Shown in pieces: positions 1 to 8,037 of a stretch of DNA of 64,000 nucleotides. The stretch is from a virus (taxonomy: Duplodnaviria > Caudoviricetes), in the IMG/VR virus record IMGVR_UViG_3300037761_000289, positions 925 to 64,924 of that record, one strand, 5' to 3'. Under the pieces are notes generated by a model. That model was given only the letters and a program-made list of their open reading frames with translations, was not told where the DNA came from and searched no databases. Made by a program: the position numbers and the translations under genes. Position 1 is the first letter of the stretch. Every line of letters starts with the position of its first letter.

Positions 1-1
1 G

Positions 2-358
2 GCCGAGTGGCGGGCCGGTGGTGGCGACTCCGCCGCCCCACGCGTTGGTGGTGGCGTTGCCGAGGATGACGGCGTTGGTGTTGGCGGCGTCGGCGACGAC
101 GAGCAACGCCCGGATCTTCACGAAGGTGATGGTCGCGCCGTAGGCGTCGGTGAGTCCGCCGGCGAGGTCGAGGTCGTCGGTGCCGCTGGCGGCGATGGTG
201 CGCCGGTCGTGCCAGGCCATGTCGGCCTGGTCGGCGGCGACTCCGTTGGGCCATTCGTAGACGAGCGGGTAGGCCAGTGGTGTGGTGGAGGTGGCGAGGT
301 CGAGTGCGGCGGTGAGGGTGGCGACGATTCCGATGGTGATTTTGGTGGTCAGCGCCAT
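2..358 (-). CDS. Conserved phage hypothetical protein, probably structural (3' end runs off the window)
   Basis: Not in the ORF track. Read by hand from ATG at 358: MALTTKITIGIVATLTAALDLATSTTPLAY...HDRRTIAASGTDDLDLAGGLTDAYGATITFVKIRALLVVADAANTNAVILG, with strong GC3 codon bias. Confidence 0.8.
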   Translation of the reverse strand, partial: MALTTKITIGIVATLTAALDLATSTTPLAYPLVYEWPNGVAADQADMAWHDRRTIAASGTDDLDLAGGLTDAYGATITFVKIRALLVVADAANTNAVILGNATTNAWGGGVATTGPPLG

Positions 359-371
359 CAACTCACCGCCT

Positions 372-611
372 TCAGGTTGACCGCAGCCGGCGGACCTCGG
401 CGAGCAGGGCCACGATGACGTCGTGCTCGTGGTAGCACCGCGGGAGCCCGTCGTCGTCGTGTCCGGTGCCGACCATGGCGCTGACCAGCTCCAGGAACTC
501 GCCTACGCACGACCGGGTGGCGAGGGTGTCGCCGGCGGATCTGGGGTTGAGTGCGGCGGTGAGGAGGTCGAGGGTGGTCGGGTCGGTGGGGAATGGCGGT
601 AGGTGGTTCAT
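372..611 (-). CDS. Hypothetical protein
   Basis: MNHLPPFPTDPTTLDLL...; start trimmed to the ATG preceded by GGTGAG. Confidence 0.6.
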   Translation of the reverse strand: MNHLPPFPTDPTTLDLLTAALNPRSAGDTLATRSCVGEFLELVSAMVGTGHDDDGLPRCYHEHDVIVALLAEVRRLRST

Positions 612-668
612 GGACTCACCTCGGCCTGCTTCCCGGCCTGTGGGCATACGTCTGCCCACTGCGTTGTG

Positions 669-721
669 ATCGTGACAGACCGGAAGTGCCGGGTCAAGTT
701 GCGTCGCTCGGTGCGTCGTTC
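669..721 (-). promoter_or_regulatory. Candidate late promoter TTGACC-N17-CACGAT with two upstream direct repeats
   Basis: On the minus strand, -35 is at 692-697 and -10 at 669-674. Repeats TGCGTCGCTC (700-709) and TGCGTCGTTC (712-721) abut the -35. Confidence 0.5.
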
Positions 722-726
722 GCGGG

Positions 727-1212
727 TCACGGCGCCCATTGCTCCCGGTAGCCGGGGCGGTCGGCGTACACCTGGCTGAGCCAACGCAGAACGGCTTGAT
801 AGGTAATCCACGCCCCCTGATACAGGGCGGCGGCGCGCGGGTCGCCGCCCTCCATCTCGGCGTTCTGTTTCGCCCAGCCAGCCTCGTCCAGGATCCGTCG
901 CTTGGCCTCGACCTCGCGGAGTACCCGGGTCGGGTCGTGTCGGGCGATGTGCCTTGCCTCGGCTACCCACCCACGGGCGAAATCCGGGCAGCCGTCATCC
1001 TCGTCGTCGCAGCCCCACATCGCATAGTTGACATTCCGCAGCCACTCCGGGCCATCATCGTCGAGGTCCCCATCACCTACCCGCACCATTGGGCTGGTCG
1101 CACCATCGGTGATGGCTTCCCACCTTCGCCCGCTCGCGGCCACGTGCGCTAGCCGCTCGTCTTCGTCGAGCCGTTCCCGCAGCCAGGTGATCAGGTCGGT
1201 CGTGTCGGTCAT
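727..1212 (-). CDS. DUF6221-like protein
   Basis: Typical motifs LITWLRERLDEDERLA, ARHIARHDPTRVLREVEAKRRIL and VYADRPGYREQW. Confidence 0.8.
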   Translation of the reverse strand: MTDTTDLITWLRERLDEDERLAHVAASGRRWEAITDGATSPMVRVGDGDLDDDGPEWLRNVNYAMWGCDDEDDGCPDFARGWVAEARHIARHDPTRVLREVEAKRRILDEAGWAKQNAEMEGGDPRAAALYQGAWITYQAVLRWLSQVYADRPGYREQWAP

Positions 1213-1231
1213 GGCGTGTAACCTCCTTCGG

Positions 1232-1411
1232 TCAGCCGTACTGGACCAGGATGGCGCCACCCACGAGCAGTGCCAGCGTCGCGAACGCGACCCCGAAGAC
1301 CGTGACGGCGGAACGGACGCCGAGTTCCCGGGCGATCGCCGCGAACGCCCAACCGAACAGCGCCAGCGGCGACGCGACGAGCACCCAGCCGAGAACCTGC
1401 CAGCCGTTCAC
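1232..1411 (-). CDS. Small membrane protein (2 TM)
   Basis: GTG start overlaps the upstream stop; hydrophobic MNGWQVLGWVLVASPLALFGWAFAAIARELGVRSAVTVFGVAFATLALLVGGAILVQYG. Confidence 0.7.
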   Translation of the reverse strand: MNGWQVLGWVLVASPLALFGWAFAAIARELGVRSAVTVFGVAFATLALLVGGAILVQYG

Positions 1412-2265
1412 GCCACTCTCCTGTCCCGTCGCGACTCGGACTCGCGGACCAGGTCCAGCACGTCCCCGACCCGGTACAGGGGCCGGCCCCGCTGGTCGGG
1501 TGGGTGCGCGGCCAGCCGGCCCCGGTGCGCCCACTGCCGGACCGTCGCGTCCTTGCACGGATGCCCCAGCGCGGTGATCGCCCCGGCGGCCAGGGCCGCG
1601 TGGGCCAACGTGTCCTCGGCCTGCCGCAGAAGCCAACCGCGCCGGTAGTCGGCGTCGTGGCGGGCGCCGCACTCCCAGCACGTCACCGTGCTCGACCCCG
1701 ACGCCGCGTACAGGTCGGCGGTGCACCCGTCGGTGCCGCACGGCCCGGCGTACCAGCGGACCGGGGGCAGGTCCACGGTCCGCACGGTCAGGGCGGCCGC
1801 GTCGGCGAGCTCGTCGAAGGCTTCGGCGGCCTCCTGCCGGTAACGCAGCCACCCGAGTTGGTCGGCGAGCCAGTTGACGAGGTGTTCCAGCGGGTGTTCG
1901 CGGATGCCCAGCCACGCGCACGAGTCATGCGCGCAGGAGTGGCCGGCCCGGCAGTGGGGGCCCTGGACCGGGCTGCCGGGCGGGCCGGGGTCACGGCCGG
2001 ACGCTTCGGTGATGTGCCGCTGCCAGGTGATCAGCGTGTTGACGGCGGCCCAGGTGGCGTCGGCGGCTTCCCAGCTGAACGGCAGTGGCCGCTCCGACGT
2101 CCGGCCGGCGGGCCCGGTGCGGGACAGCCGGGCGATGGTGGTCCACGCCTCCCCGGCCGGCACCCGGCGGAGCCGTTCGGCGAGGACGTCGGCGCAGCGG
2201 ACACAGACGTAGGCGGTGTCGGGTACCGGCCAGCCGCAGCGGTCGCACAGCACGTCGTCGCTCAT
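1408..2265 (-). CDS. Conserved actinophage Zn-finger/C-terminal HTH protein (possible late-gene regulator)
   Basis: CxxC pairs (CDRC, CVRC, CGTDGC, CWEC) and C-terminal DATVRQWAHRGRL...GRPLYRVGDVLDL; last large gene of the early arm. Confidence 0.7.
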   Translation of the reverse strand: MSDDVLCDRCGWPVPDTAYVCVRCADVLAERLRRVPAGEAWTTIARLSRTGPAGRTSERPLPFSWEAADATWAAVNTLITWQRHITEASGRDPGPPGSPVQGPHCRAGHSCAHDSCAWLGIREHPLEHLVNWLADQLGWLRYRQEAAEAFDELADAAALTVRTVDLPPVRWYAGPCGTDGCTADLYAASGSSTVTCWECGARHDADYRRGWLLRQAEDTLAHAALAAGAITALGHPCKDATVRQWAHRGRLAAHPPDQRGRPLYRVGDVLDLVRESESRRDRRVA

Positions 2266-2282
2266 GCCGGCTCCCGGTGGCG

Positions 2283-2480
2283 TCACTTGGCCGCCCTGCC
2301 CGTGCGGACGTCCGGTTCGATGCCGGTGACCCACAAGGTGGCGCCTTCGCGTTGGCTGTCGGCGTACTCCAGGCTGACCCGGCAGCCGGCCACCCGCACC
2401 TCCGGCACGTTCGCGCCGACCTTCTCCAACTCGGTGACCTTCGCGGCGATCATCGCCAGAACGCTTGCGGTCAGTCGCAT
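2283..2480 (-). CDS. Hypothetical protein
   Basis: 65-aa ORF with a strong RBS (GGAGGGAAGAGG) upstream. Confidence 0.65.
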   Translation of the reverse strand: MRLTASVLAMIAAKVTELEKVGANVPEVRVAGCRVSLEYADSQREGATLWVTGIEPDVRTGRAAK

Positions 2481-2583
2481 CCTCTTCCCTCCTGTTCGTG
2501 ACGAGATGCCGCGTCCCTTTATCCGCAGTCAAGGTGCTGCGCGCAGGAGCGGAAGTGGGCTCGGTACAGGGTGTAGCGGTCCA

Positions 2584-2988
2584 CTACGTCCTCTCGTATG
2601 ACGCTGGTTGGGCGGCCGTCGAGGATGACGCAGTCCAGGTGCACCAGGCGTCCCGGCGCACGATCCACGCAGGCTCGCCCGCCGCCACTGCGCCCGTACC
2701 GGGGTCATCATGGGGTCCGCTCATGTGGTGCCTGCCGTTCCCCGCGGCCTTGACGGCGGCGACGATCGCGGCCGTGAGTATCGGCAACAGAACCAGGGTG
2801 ACGAGCACCCATCCGGTGATCTTCCGGCCGGTCACGGCGACAACCACTTGATCAGGGGCAACGATGGCCCCGGCTGCCGCGCAGATCAGCACGTACCAGA
2901 CGACCAGGGCCGTCATGGTCAGCCCGTACCGGCACCGGGACCTATCCATCATGCCGCTCCTTGGCTGGGATCGGTGGGGTCGGCTCAT
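2584..2988 (-). CDS. Membrane protein containing a 264-bp segment bounded by direct repeats
   Basis: Two hydrophobic helices; ATGA overlap with the upstream gene. Confidence 0.55.
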   Translation of the reverse strand: MSRPHRSQPRSGMMDRSRCRYGLTMTALVVWYVLICAAAGAIVAPDQVVVAVTGRKITGWVLVTLVLLPILTAAIVAAVKAAGNGRHHMSGPHDDPGTGAVAAGEPAWIVRRDAWCTWTASSSTAAQPASYERT

Positions 2989-3002
2989 GTGGTGCCTGCC
3001 GT
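2711..3002. repeat. 28-bp direct repeat (2711-2738 and 2975-3002)
   Basis: TGGGGTC(C/G)GCTCATGTGGTGCCTGCCGT, one mismatch, 264 bp apart. Confidence 0.9.
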
Positions 3003-3950
3003 GTTCTGCGTTCGCCAGGCGGCGACGTGCTGGGGGCTGGAATGCAGCCGGCGGGCGATCTTGTCCGTGTCGGAGTCGAACGCGCCGTCGAACCAGGCGA
3101 CGAACTCGGCACCCTGCGCCTCCGCCCAGGCGAGCCCGGTCAGTGTCCAGGCGACCTTGCGGGCCGGGTCGTACAGCGGGTCACCGTCGGCGTCGGTGCC
3201 GGTGCGGTACTCGTGACAGCCGGTCTCGGTGATCGCGAAGCGACGACCGCTGGCCTTCGCCCATTCGACCTGCAACCGCATCCGGTAGGACAGGTCCCGC
3301 CACGGGTAGGTGTCGGCGCCGCCGTCATGCAGGTTGTAGGCGTCGAACCCGGCCATCATGCCGGCGGGGGCGAGGTCGTCGGCGGCGAAACCGAACTCCC
3401 GCTCGGTCAGCCCGTCGAAACACTGGGTACCGCCGAAGATGACCATCGCGGTCAGGTCGTCGCGGCCGGTGTCCCGCACGAGTTGACCGAAACGGGCGCT
3501 GGCGTCGTGGAACGCGGCCACGGTGAACAGCCTTTTCTTGATCTCACCTTCCGGTTCGTGCCACAGGCACAGGTAGTGGCGGTGGCCGTCGGTGGGGATG
3601 CTGTCGAGCAGGCCCCGCAGCTGTGCGACGGCTGCGGGTACACCGGTGGCGATGGCGGCGATGGCCGGTACGTCGCCGATGTACGGCTTGAAGCTCCAGG
3701 CGACGGACCGGTGCCCGACGTCGACTGCGGCCTTGGTGGTGTTCCACGCGGTCGGGAACTTGCCGGGGCTCTCGAACCGGCGGGCGATCCGCAACGGCCC
3801 GTAGCGGGTCTGGTAGGCGGCGAGCGCGGTGCCGCTGTCGACGTGGCTGCTGCCGAGCAGCATCGGCCGTCTGGTGACGGTGATGGTGTAGGTGAGTGTG
3901 CCGTCGAGGGTCAGGCCGTTGTCGGCGGCCCGCACGGTGATCGTAGGCAT
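2985..3950 (-). CDS. Glycoside hydrolase, clan GH-A (GH26-like TIM barrel)
   Basis: LCLWHEPE (acid/base Glu), GFDAYN, FAITETG (nucleophile Glu) and VAWFD motifs. Confidence 0.7.
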   Translation of the reverse strand: MPTITVRAADNGLTLDGTLTYTITVTRRPMLLGSSHVDSGTALAAYQTRYGPLRIARRFESPGKFPTAWNTTKAAVDVGHRSVAWSFKPYIGDVPAIAAIATGVPAAVAQLRGLLDSIPTDGHRHYLCLWHEPEGEIKKRLFTVAAFHDASARFGQLVRDTGRDDLTAMVIFGGTQCFDGLTEREFGFAADDLAPAGMMAGFDAYNLHDGGADTYPWRDLSYRMRLQVEWAKASGRRFAITETGCHEYRTGTDADGDPLYDPARKVAWTLTGLAWAEAQGAEFVAWFDGAFDSDTDKIARRLHSSPQHVAAWRTQNTAGTT

Positions 3951-3952
3951 GG

Positions 3953-4150
3953 TCAGTCTTCCCTGTTCGTGGATGGGTCGAGGATGAGGTGTCCGTACTT
4001 GCGGTTGATGAGCAGGTCTTCGACGCTGGTTCGGGTGGCGCGACGCAGCAGGAACCGCCGCCACCAGGAGTGCTCCGTGTAGATGTGCGCCCGTTGACCG
4101 TTCAGGCTCCACGTCCCGTAGTCGTAGCCGCAGATCGGGCAGCCTCTCAT
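3953..4150 (-). CDS. Small C2H2-type zinc-binding protein
   Basis: CPIC...HIYTEH. Confidence 0.6.
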   Translation of the reverse strand: MRGCPICGYDYGTWSLNGQRAHIYTEHSWWRRFLLRRATRTSVEDLLINRKYGHLILDPSTNRED

Positions 4151-4153
4151 CAG

Positions 4154-4405
4154 TCAGTCTCCCTTGTGGATGGTCGGGTGCAGCGGCGCGGCACCGGTCG
4201 ATAGACCGGTGGTGCGGCCACGACGGGCGGCCTTGGCCTTCTTTGCCGCGAGTCGGCGGGAGGCGCGGTTGCCGTTGGGGTCGTCGATGACATAGCCGAC
4301 CGGGATTTCAGTGCGTCGTACGCTCGGCATCTTCTTCACGTCGCGTCTCCCTTGTGGACTTAGACGGGTCGGGTCATCGGGGGTTCCGGTCCTTGACTTC
4401 CGCAC
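4154..4405 (-). CDS. Hypothetical basic protein
   Basis: ORF track; fills the gap between adjacent genes; start uncertain. Confidence 0.45.
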   Translation of the reverse strand: MRKSRTGTPDDPTRLSPQGRRDVKKMPSVRRTEIPVGYVIDDPNGNRASRRLAAKKAKAARRGRTTGLSTGAAPLHPTIHKGD

Positions 4406-4652
4406 CGACGATCCGGCCCGTGTAGGCGTGGATCTCGAAGTCCTCGCTGAGGTTCTTCTCGCCGGGGATGGTGACGATGGTCAACCCGACCTCCGGACGC
4501 ATCCATTCCTCGGTGACGACGTACAGGAAGTCCTCCGGGCTGGGCCCGTCGGCGTCGGCCCACTCGGCGGCGGACTGTGGGAGGTCGTCGGCGTAGACGC
4601 CGGGCACCTCGACGTGCAGTACGAGCGTCTTCGTGGGTTTGGGCTTGGTCAT
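4374..4652 (-). CDS. Hypothetical protein
   Basis: MTKPKPTKTLVLHVEVPGVYADDL...; GGAGG-type RBS upstream. Confidence 0.7.
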   Translation of the reverse strand: MTKPKPTKTLVLHVEVPGVYADDLPQSAAEWADADGPSPEDFLYVVTEEWMRPEVGLTIVTIPGEKNLSEDFEIHAYTGRIVGAEVKDRNPR

Positions 4653-4672
4653 CGGGAGGTCTCCTCCGTTGG

Positions 4673-4777
4673 TCAGGTGAGGTGGGCGGCGACGGTGGTG
4701 AGCAGGGCGACGGCGAGCAGGGCACCGGTGGCACACGCGGCCCCGGCGGCCAGCTCGACCAGCAGGCGACGGATCAT
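4673..4777 (-). CDS. Small single-TM peptide
   Basis: MIRRLLVELAAGAACATGALLAVALLTTVAAHLT; ATGA overlap. Confidence 0.5.
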   Translation of the reverse strand: MIRRLLVELAAGAACATGALLAVALLTTVAAHLT

Positions 4778-5388
4778 GGCGTCGCCGTGGGGTCGGCCGG
4801 GGCTCCCGGCCGGGCCAGCATGACGTGATCCCAGCACGCCCTGAGATGCCGGGCGTCGTCCAGCGCGTTGTGGGTTTTGCCAACCTGCTCCGGCAGCGAC
4901 GCGGCGGCACCGGGGTGGTGGAGGGTGATCTCCTGCTGGAGGTCGTTGGTCCACATTGGGATGCCCGGCGGCAGGTCGACCATGGGTCCCCACAGTTGGG
5001 CAAGGCACACGTGGTCGTAGGCGCCGTACCACGCCCACAACTCGGGCCAACCGGCCGCGTCGTCGAGGTCAACTCCGTGGCGCAGGAAGTCGCGCACCTC
5101 GGCCGCGATCGTCGCCTTGGCCTTGACCGCCGGGTTGTTGAAGTCGAACAGCCACCGCTTCGGCATGTGGTTGTTCCAGTCACCGGACGGCTTGGGCAGG
5201 TGCGGTACCACGTTGGCCATCAGCCACGGATGCCGGCGGACCCGCCTCCACGGGGCGTCCCGGTTGACGGCGTAGTACTCGCGGCCGTCATCGGCGACGA
5301 TCCCGATCGAGATCAGGTCGACGGTGCGGCCGTCCTCGATGAACTCGCAGTCGTACCAGCGGCGGCGTTTCATGATTGTCGCCTTCAT
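4774..5388 (-). CDS. 3'-5' exoribonuclease, Rv2179c/RNase AS-like (DEDD)
   Basis: WYDCEFIEDG, LISIGIV, WLMANVVPHL, ELWAWYGAYDHV and HNALDDARH motifs. Confidence 0.9.
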   Translation of the reverse strand: MKATIMKRRRWYDCEFIEDGRTVDLISIGIVADDGREYYAVNRDAPWRRVRRHPWLMANVVPHLPKPSGDWNNHMPKRWLFDFNNPAVKAKATIAAEVRDFLRHGVDLDDAAGWPELWAWYGAYDHVCLAQLWGPMVDLPPGIPMWTNDLQQEITLHHPGAAASLPEQVGKTHNALDDARHLRACWDHVMLARPGAPADPTATP

Positions 5389-5607
5389 CTACGTCGCGTC
5401 TCCCTTGTCGGCTGGTACCGGTGTCGTCGGTGGATCGGCCGGGGTGTCGTCCGCCGGGTCGGGCCATCCGCACCAGCAGCACCGGCCGGTAGCCACCGCG
5501 AGCGCCCAGTTCTCCCGGCCGTACTCCGGGGTGCAGGCGAAGCAGCGGACGAGGAACAGCCGGCCGTCGTGGTCGCGGAAGTTCGGCCGCCGATCGTTGA
5601 CCGTCAT
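5389..5607 (-). CDS. Small Cys-rich protein
   Basis: CFAC...CCWC. Confidence 0.6.
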   Translation of the reverse strand: MTVNDRRPNFRDHDGRLFLVRCFACTPEYGRENWALAVATGRCCWCGWPDPADDTPADPPTTPVPADKGDAT

Positions 5608-5933
5608 GTGTCCTCCCGGCGCGCCTTGCGAACGGCGCGGCGCTCGGCCCTGGCCATGGCCGGGTACAGGTCCTGCGTAGACAAGCAGCAGAGCACCACA
5701 TGGGCGAGCACTTCGGCGTCTGGTGGGATCGTTTCCCGATGTCCGCCGGGGACCGCGAGGACCCCCCGGACGTAGCCCATCACGGCGGCCTCGCGGACCA
5801 GCGCGCGTTCCCGGCCGGTCATGCCGTTGACGAGTACCGCCGCGACCCGTTTGGCGCGCCCCTGTTCCCGGACCGCGAAGTACCGCAGGGCCCAGTTGAA
5901 GGGGAGCGGCTGTTCGTCGTTGAGCGCGGTCAT
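5604..5933 (-). CDS. Hypothetical protein
   Basis: Overlapping stop/start junctions on both sides. Confidence 0.7.
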   Translation of the reverse strand: MTALNDEQPLPFNWALRYFAVREQGRAKRVAAVLVNGMTGRERALVREAAVMGYVRGVLAVPGGHRETIPPDAEVLAHVVLCCLSTQDLYPAMARAERRAVRKARREDT

Positions 5934-6160
5934 CGTGCTCCCTTGCGGACGGTGCCGGCCCAGTCGCGGGGGTCGGGGTGCTCCGGCGGCAGCGGACAGC
6001 CGTCGCGGACCAGCCGGTGCACGGCGGTCACCGCCACCAGCTCGGCGTCCGCGCCGGGCCGCCGGGGCCGGAACGTCGCGTAGGTGATGGGTCGGCCGCC
6101 GGGCAGGAGCTGGTCGCCGACGAGGCGCCGGCAGCGGCAGACGTCGGTCGTGGCGTTCAC
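5930..6160 (-). CDS. Hypothetical protein
   Basis: GTG start overlaps the upstream stop; MNATTDVCRCRRL... Confidence 0.5.
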   Translation of the reverse strand: MNATTDVCRCRRLVGDQLLPGGRPITYATFRPRRPGADAELVAVTAVHRLVRDGCPLPPEHPDPRDWAGTVRKGAR

Positions 6161-6594
6161 GCCGGGTCCTGCGCGGGTGGGGTCGGGGTCAGCGTCAGGC
6201 GCGGCATCGTCGACCCGGGCCGCTCCGGCGGACGAGCCTTGCGGTACAGCGGCTCCCACCCGTAGCTGCCGCCGCAGGTGGGACAGCGTTCGGGGTCTGA
6301 CATCCACCAGTGGGTCTTGCCGCACGGGTGGAGGTGCAGGGCCAACTCCCCGAACGGGGCCGCGCAGGTGACCGGTTCGACCTCCGGGACGTCACCCTCG
6401 GCCGGGACCAGCCGGAAGACCTCGTACCGGCCGGTATAGGCGGCGATCCCGGTCCCCTCCCGCCGCTCCCGGGCTTGGGCCCGGGCAACGCGGGCGTCGG
6501 CGAGAGCTGTGTAGACGACACCACCGGCGAGGTTCCAGACGGTGCGGTCGAGGATGTACAGCACGACGTAGCGGGGCGTCCTGTCGCCGTCCAT
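6157..6594 (-). CDS. Hypothetical protein with C-terminal Zn ribbon
   Basis: MDGDRTPRYVVLYILD...HPCGKTHW...CPTCGG. Confidence 0.6.
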   Translation of the reverse strand: MDGDRTPRYVVLYILDRTVWNLAGGVVYTALADARVARAQARERREGTGIAAYTGRYEVFRLVPAEGDVPEVEPVTCAAPFGELALHLHPCGKTHWWMSDPERCPTCGGSYGWEPLYRKARPPERPGSTMPRLTLTPTPPAQDPA

Positions 6595-6599
6595 TGTGG

Positions 6600-7142
6600 T
6601 CACCAATCCTCTTCGGGGTCGACGTCGAGCCCGGCGATCCAGCAGCCGAGCCGGTACCGCGCGCGCAGCACGACGGCCCGCACGCGCCAGCGCAGCCGCC
6701 GGTGCCACGGCTGCCGACGCGGTGGTGGTGGTGGTGGGTGTTCGCAGTGGTTGACGCCGGTCGCGTCGGTCAGCTGGCAGCACGACACCGGGATGTACGC
6801 GCCGAGTTTCCGCACGGTGATCGCGGGCGTGGTCTCGTCGGTAGCCTCGCCGGTGGTCGCCTCGTACAGCACGGTCCCGTCGCGACCGATGAGCCGCCAC
6901 ATGTCGGGCGCCAGGTCGGTATCCACGCGGACCGGCAGGCCGAACAACTGGACGTGCGGCCAACCTCCGGCCGCGTCGGGCCGACCGTAGGCCCGCTGGA
7001 TATCGTCCCACGCCTTCGAACCGGCAAGAATGCGATCGGCGCAGCGGGTGGTGTCCCCGAGTGGCGTCAGGTACTCGGCCATGTCGAGGACGATGTTGTT
7101 GGCACGCAGCCACGTTCGGAAGTCGGTGTCATCACCGGTCAT
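6600..7142 (-). CDS. Hypothetical protein
   Basis: MTGDDTDFRTWLRANNIVLDMAEYL...; ATGA overlap. Confidence 0.65.
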   Translation of the reverse strand: MTGDDTDFRTWLRANNIVLDMAEYLTPLGDTTRCADRILAGSKAWDDIQRAYGRPDAAGGWPHVQLFGLPVRVDTDLAPDMWRLIGRDGTVLYEATTGEATDETTPAITVRKLGAYIPVSCCQLTDATGVNHCEHPPPPPPRRQPWHRRLRWRVRAVVLRARYRLGCWIAGLDVDPEEDW

Positions 7143-7375
7143 CGCTGCGCACCCCCAGTTGTGGCCGTCACGGCCTTCGGTCGGCGGGCCCGCCAGACCC
7201 GCAGGCACCAGCCGCACACGTCGCCGTCCTCCGGATCCACAGACCCCAACCCGGGCCTGTGCCAGCCGGACTCCCGCAGTGCCGGCAGCGTCCGCAGCCG
7301 GGCCGGACACGTCTCGTACAGGTGGTCGGTGGCCAGTCCCGGCCACCACGGCGACCAGCCATCGTCACCGTCCAC
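7139..7375 (-). CDS. Hypothetical Cys-containing protein
   Basis: HLYETCP...DVCGWCLRVWRAR. Confidence 0.55.
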   Translation of the reverse strand: MDGDDGWSPWWPGLATDHLYETCPARLRTLPALRESGWHRPGLGSVDPEDGDVCGWCLRVWRARRPKAVTATTGGAQR

Positions 7376-7703
7376 TGTGGTCCTCCTCGTCGGGCGGGGG
7401 GAACGCGTCCCGGGCCCGCAGCTCGGCCAGCAGTGCCGGCACAGCGTCCCGGTCGTCGGCGCCGTACGCCACCTCCACGTCCACCGCGGACGGGCCACAC
7501 ATCGCGCCCATCTCCACCGCGCCGTCGTCGCACACGATCACGGTGAACAGGCCCGTCGACCGCGTCCACGTAGCCACCCACACCACCTCCACCATCGCCG
7601 AGGTCGGCCGCCACGCGCCCGTCGAAAGCAGCGGATCAAGCGCCGCCGCCACCTCCCGCGCCCGCGCCCAACCCGGACCCGACCGGTCATCCGCCTGCGT
7701 CAT
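7365..7703 (-). CDS. Hypothetical protein
   Basis: ORF track, 112 aa; coupled to its neighbours. Confidence 0.6.
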   Translation of the reverse strand: MTQADDRSGPGWARAREVAAALDPLLSTGAWRPTSAMVEVVWVATWTRSTGLFTVIVCDDGAVEMGAMCGPSAVDVEVAYGADDRDAVPALLAELRARDAFPPPDEEDHSGR

Positions 7704-7990
7704 GAGCCATCACCGGCCAGCTGCTCGGCGCTCGTGGCCACGGGAACGATGACCACGTTGAACTCGGCGGCGACCGCGTCCAGGAACGCCTGCCGGTCGC
7801 AGGACCCGATCTCACCGTCGCGGCCGGTCGAGAACACGGCCCTGCCGTCGCGGTCATCGATGTAGATGCTGGTGGTGAGTCGGATGGTTTCGGATCCTGC
7901 GGCGGTCACGATGCCTCCTGGTCGGTCGTCGGCGTCGGGCCGTATCGCGGCGAGCTCTTCGCGGACGGTGGTGGGGTCGGGGTCGGTCAT
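7700..7990 (-). CDS. Hypothetical protein
   Basis: MTDPDPTTVREELAAIRP...; GGAG RBS. Confidence 0.65.
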   Translation of the reverse strand: MTDPDPTTVREELAAIRPDADDRPGGIVTAAGSETIRLTTSIYIDDRDGRAVFSTGRDGEIGSCDRQAFLDAVAAEFNVVIVPVATSAEQLAGDGS

Positions 7991-8037
7991 GGCGTCTCCA
8001 GGGTGGGTGGGGTGGGTGGGATCGAGCGGTTGGCGGG

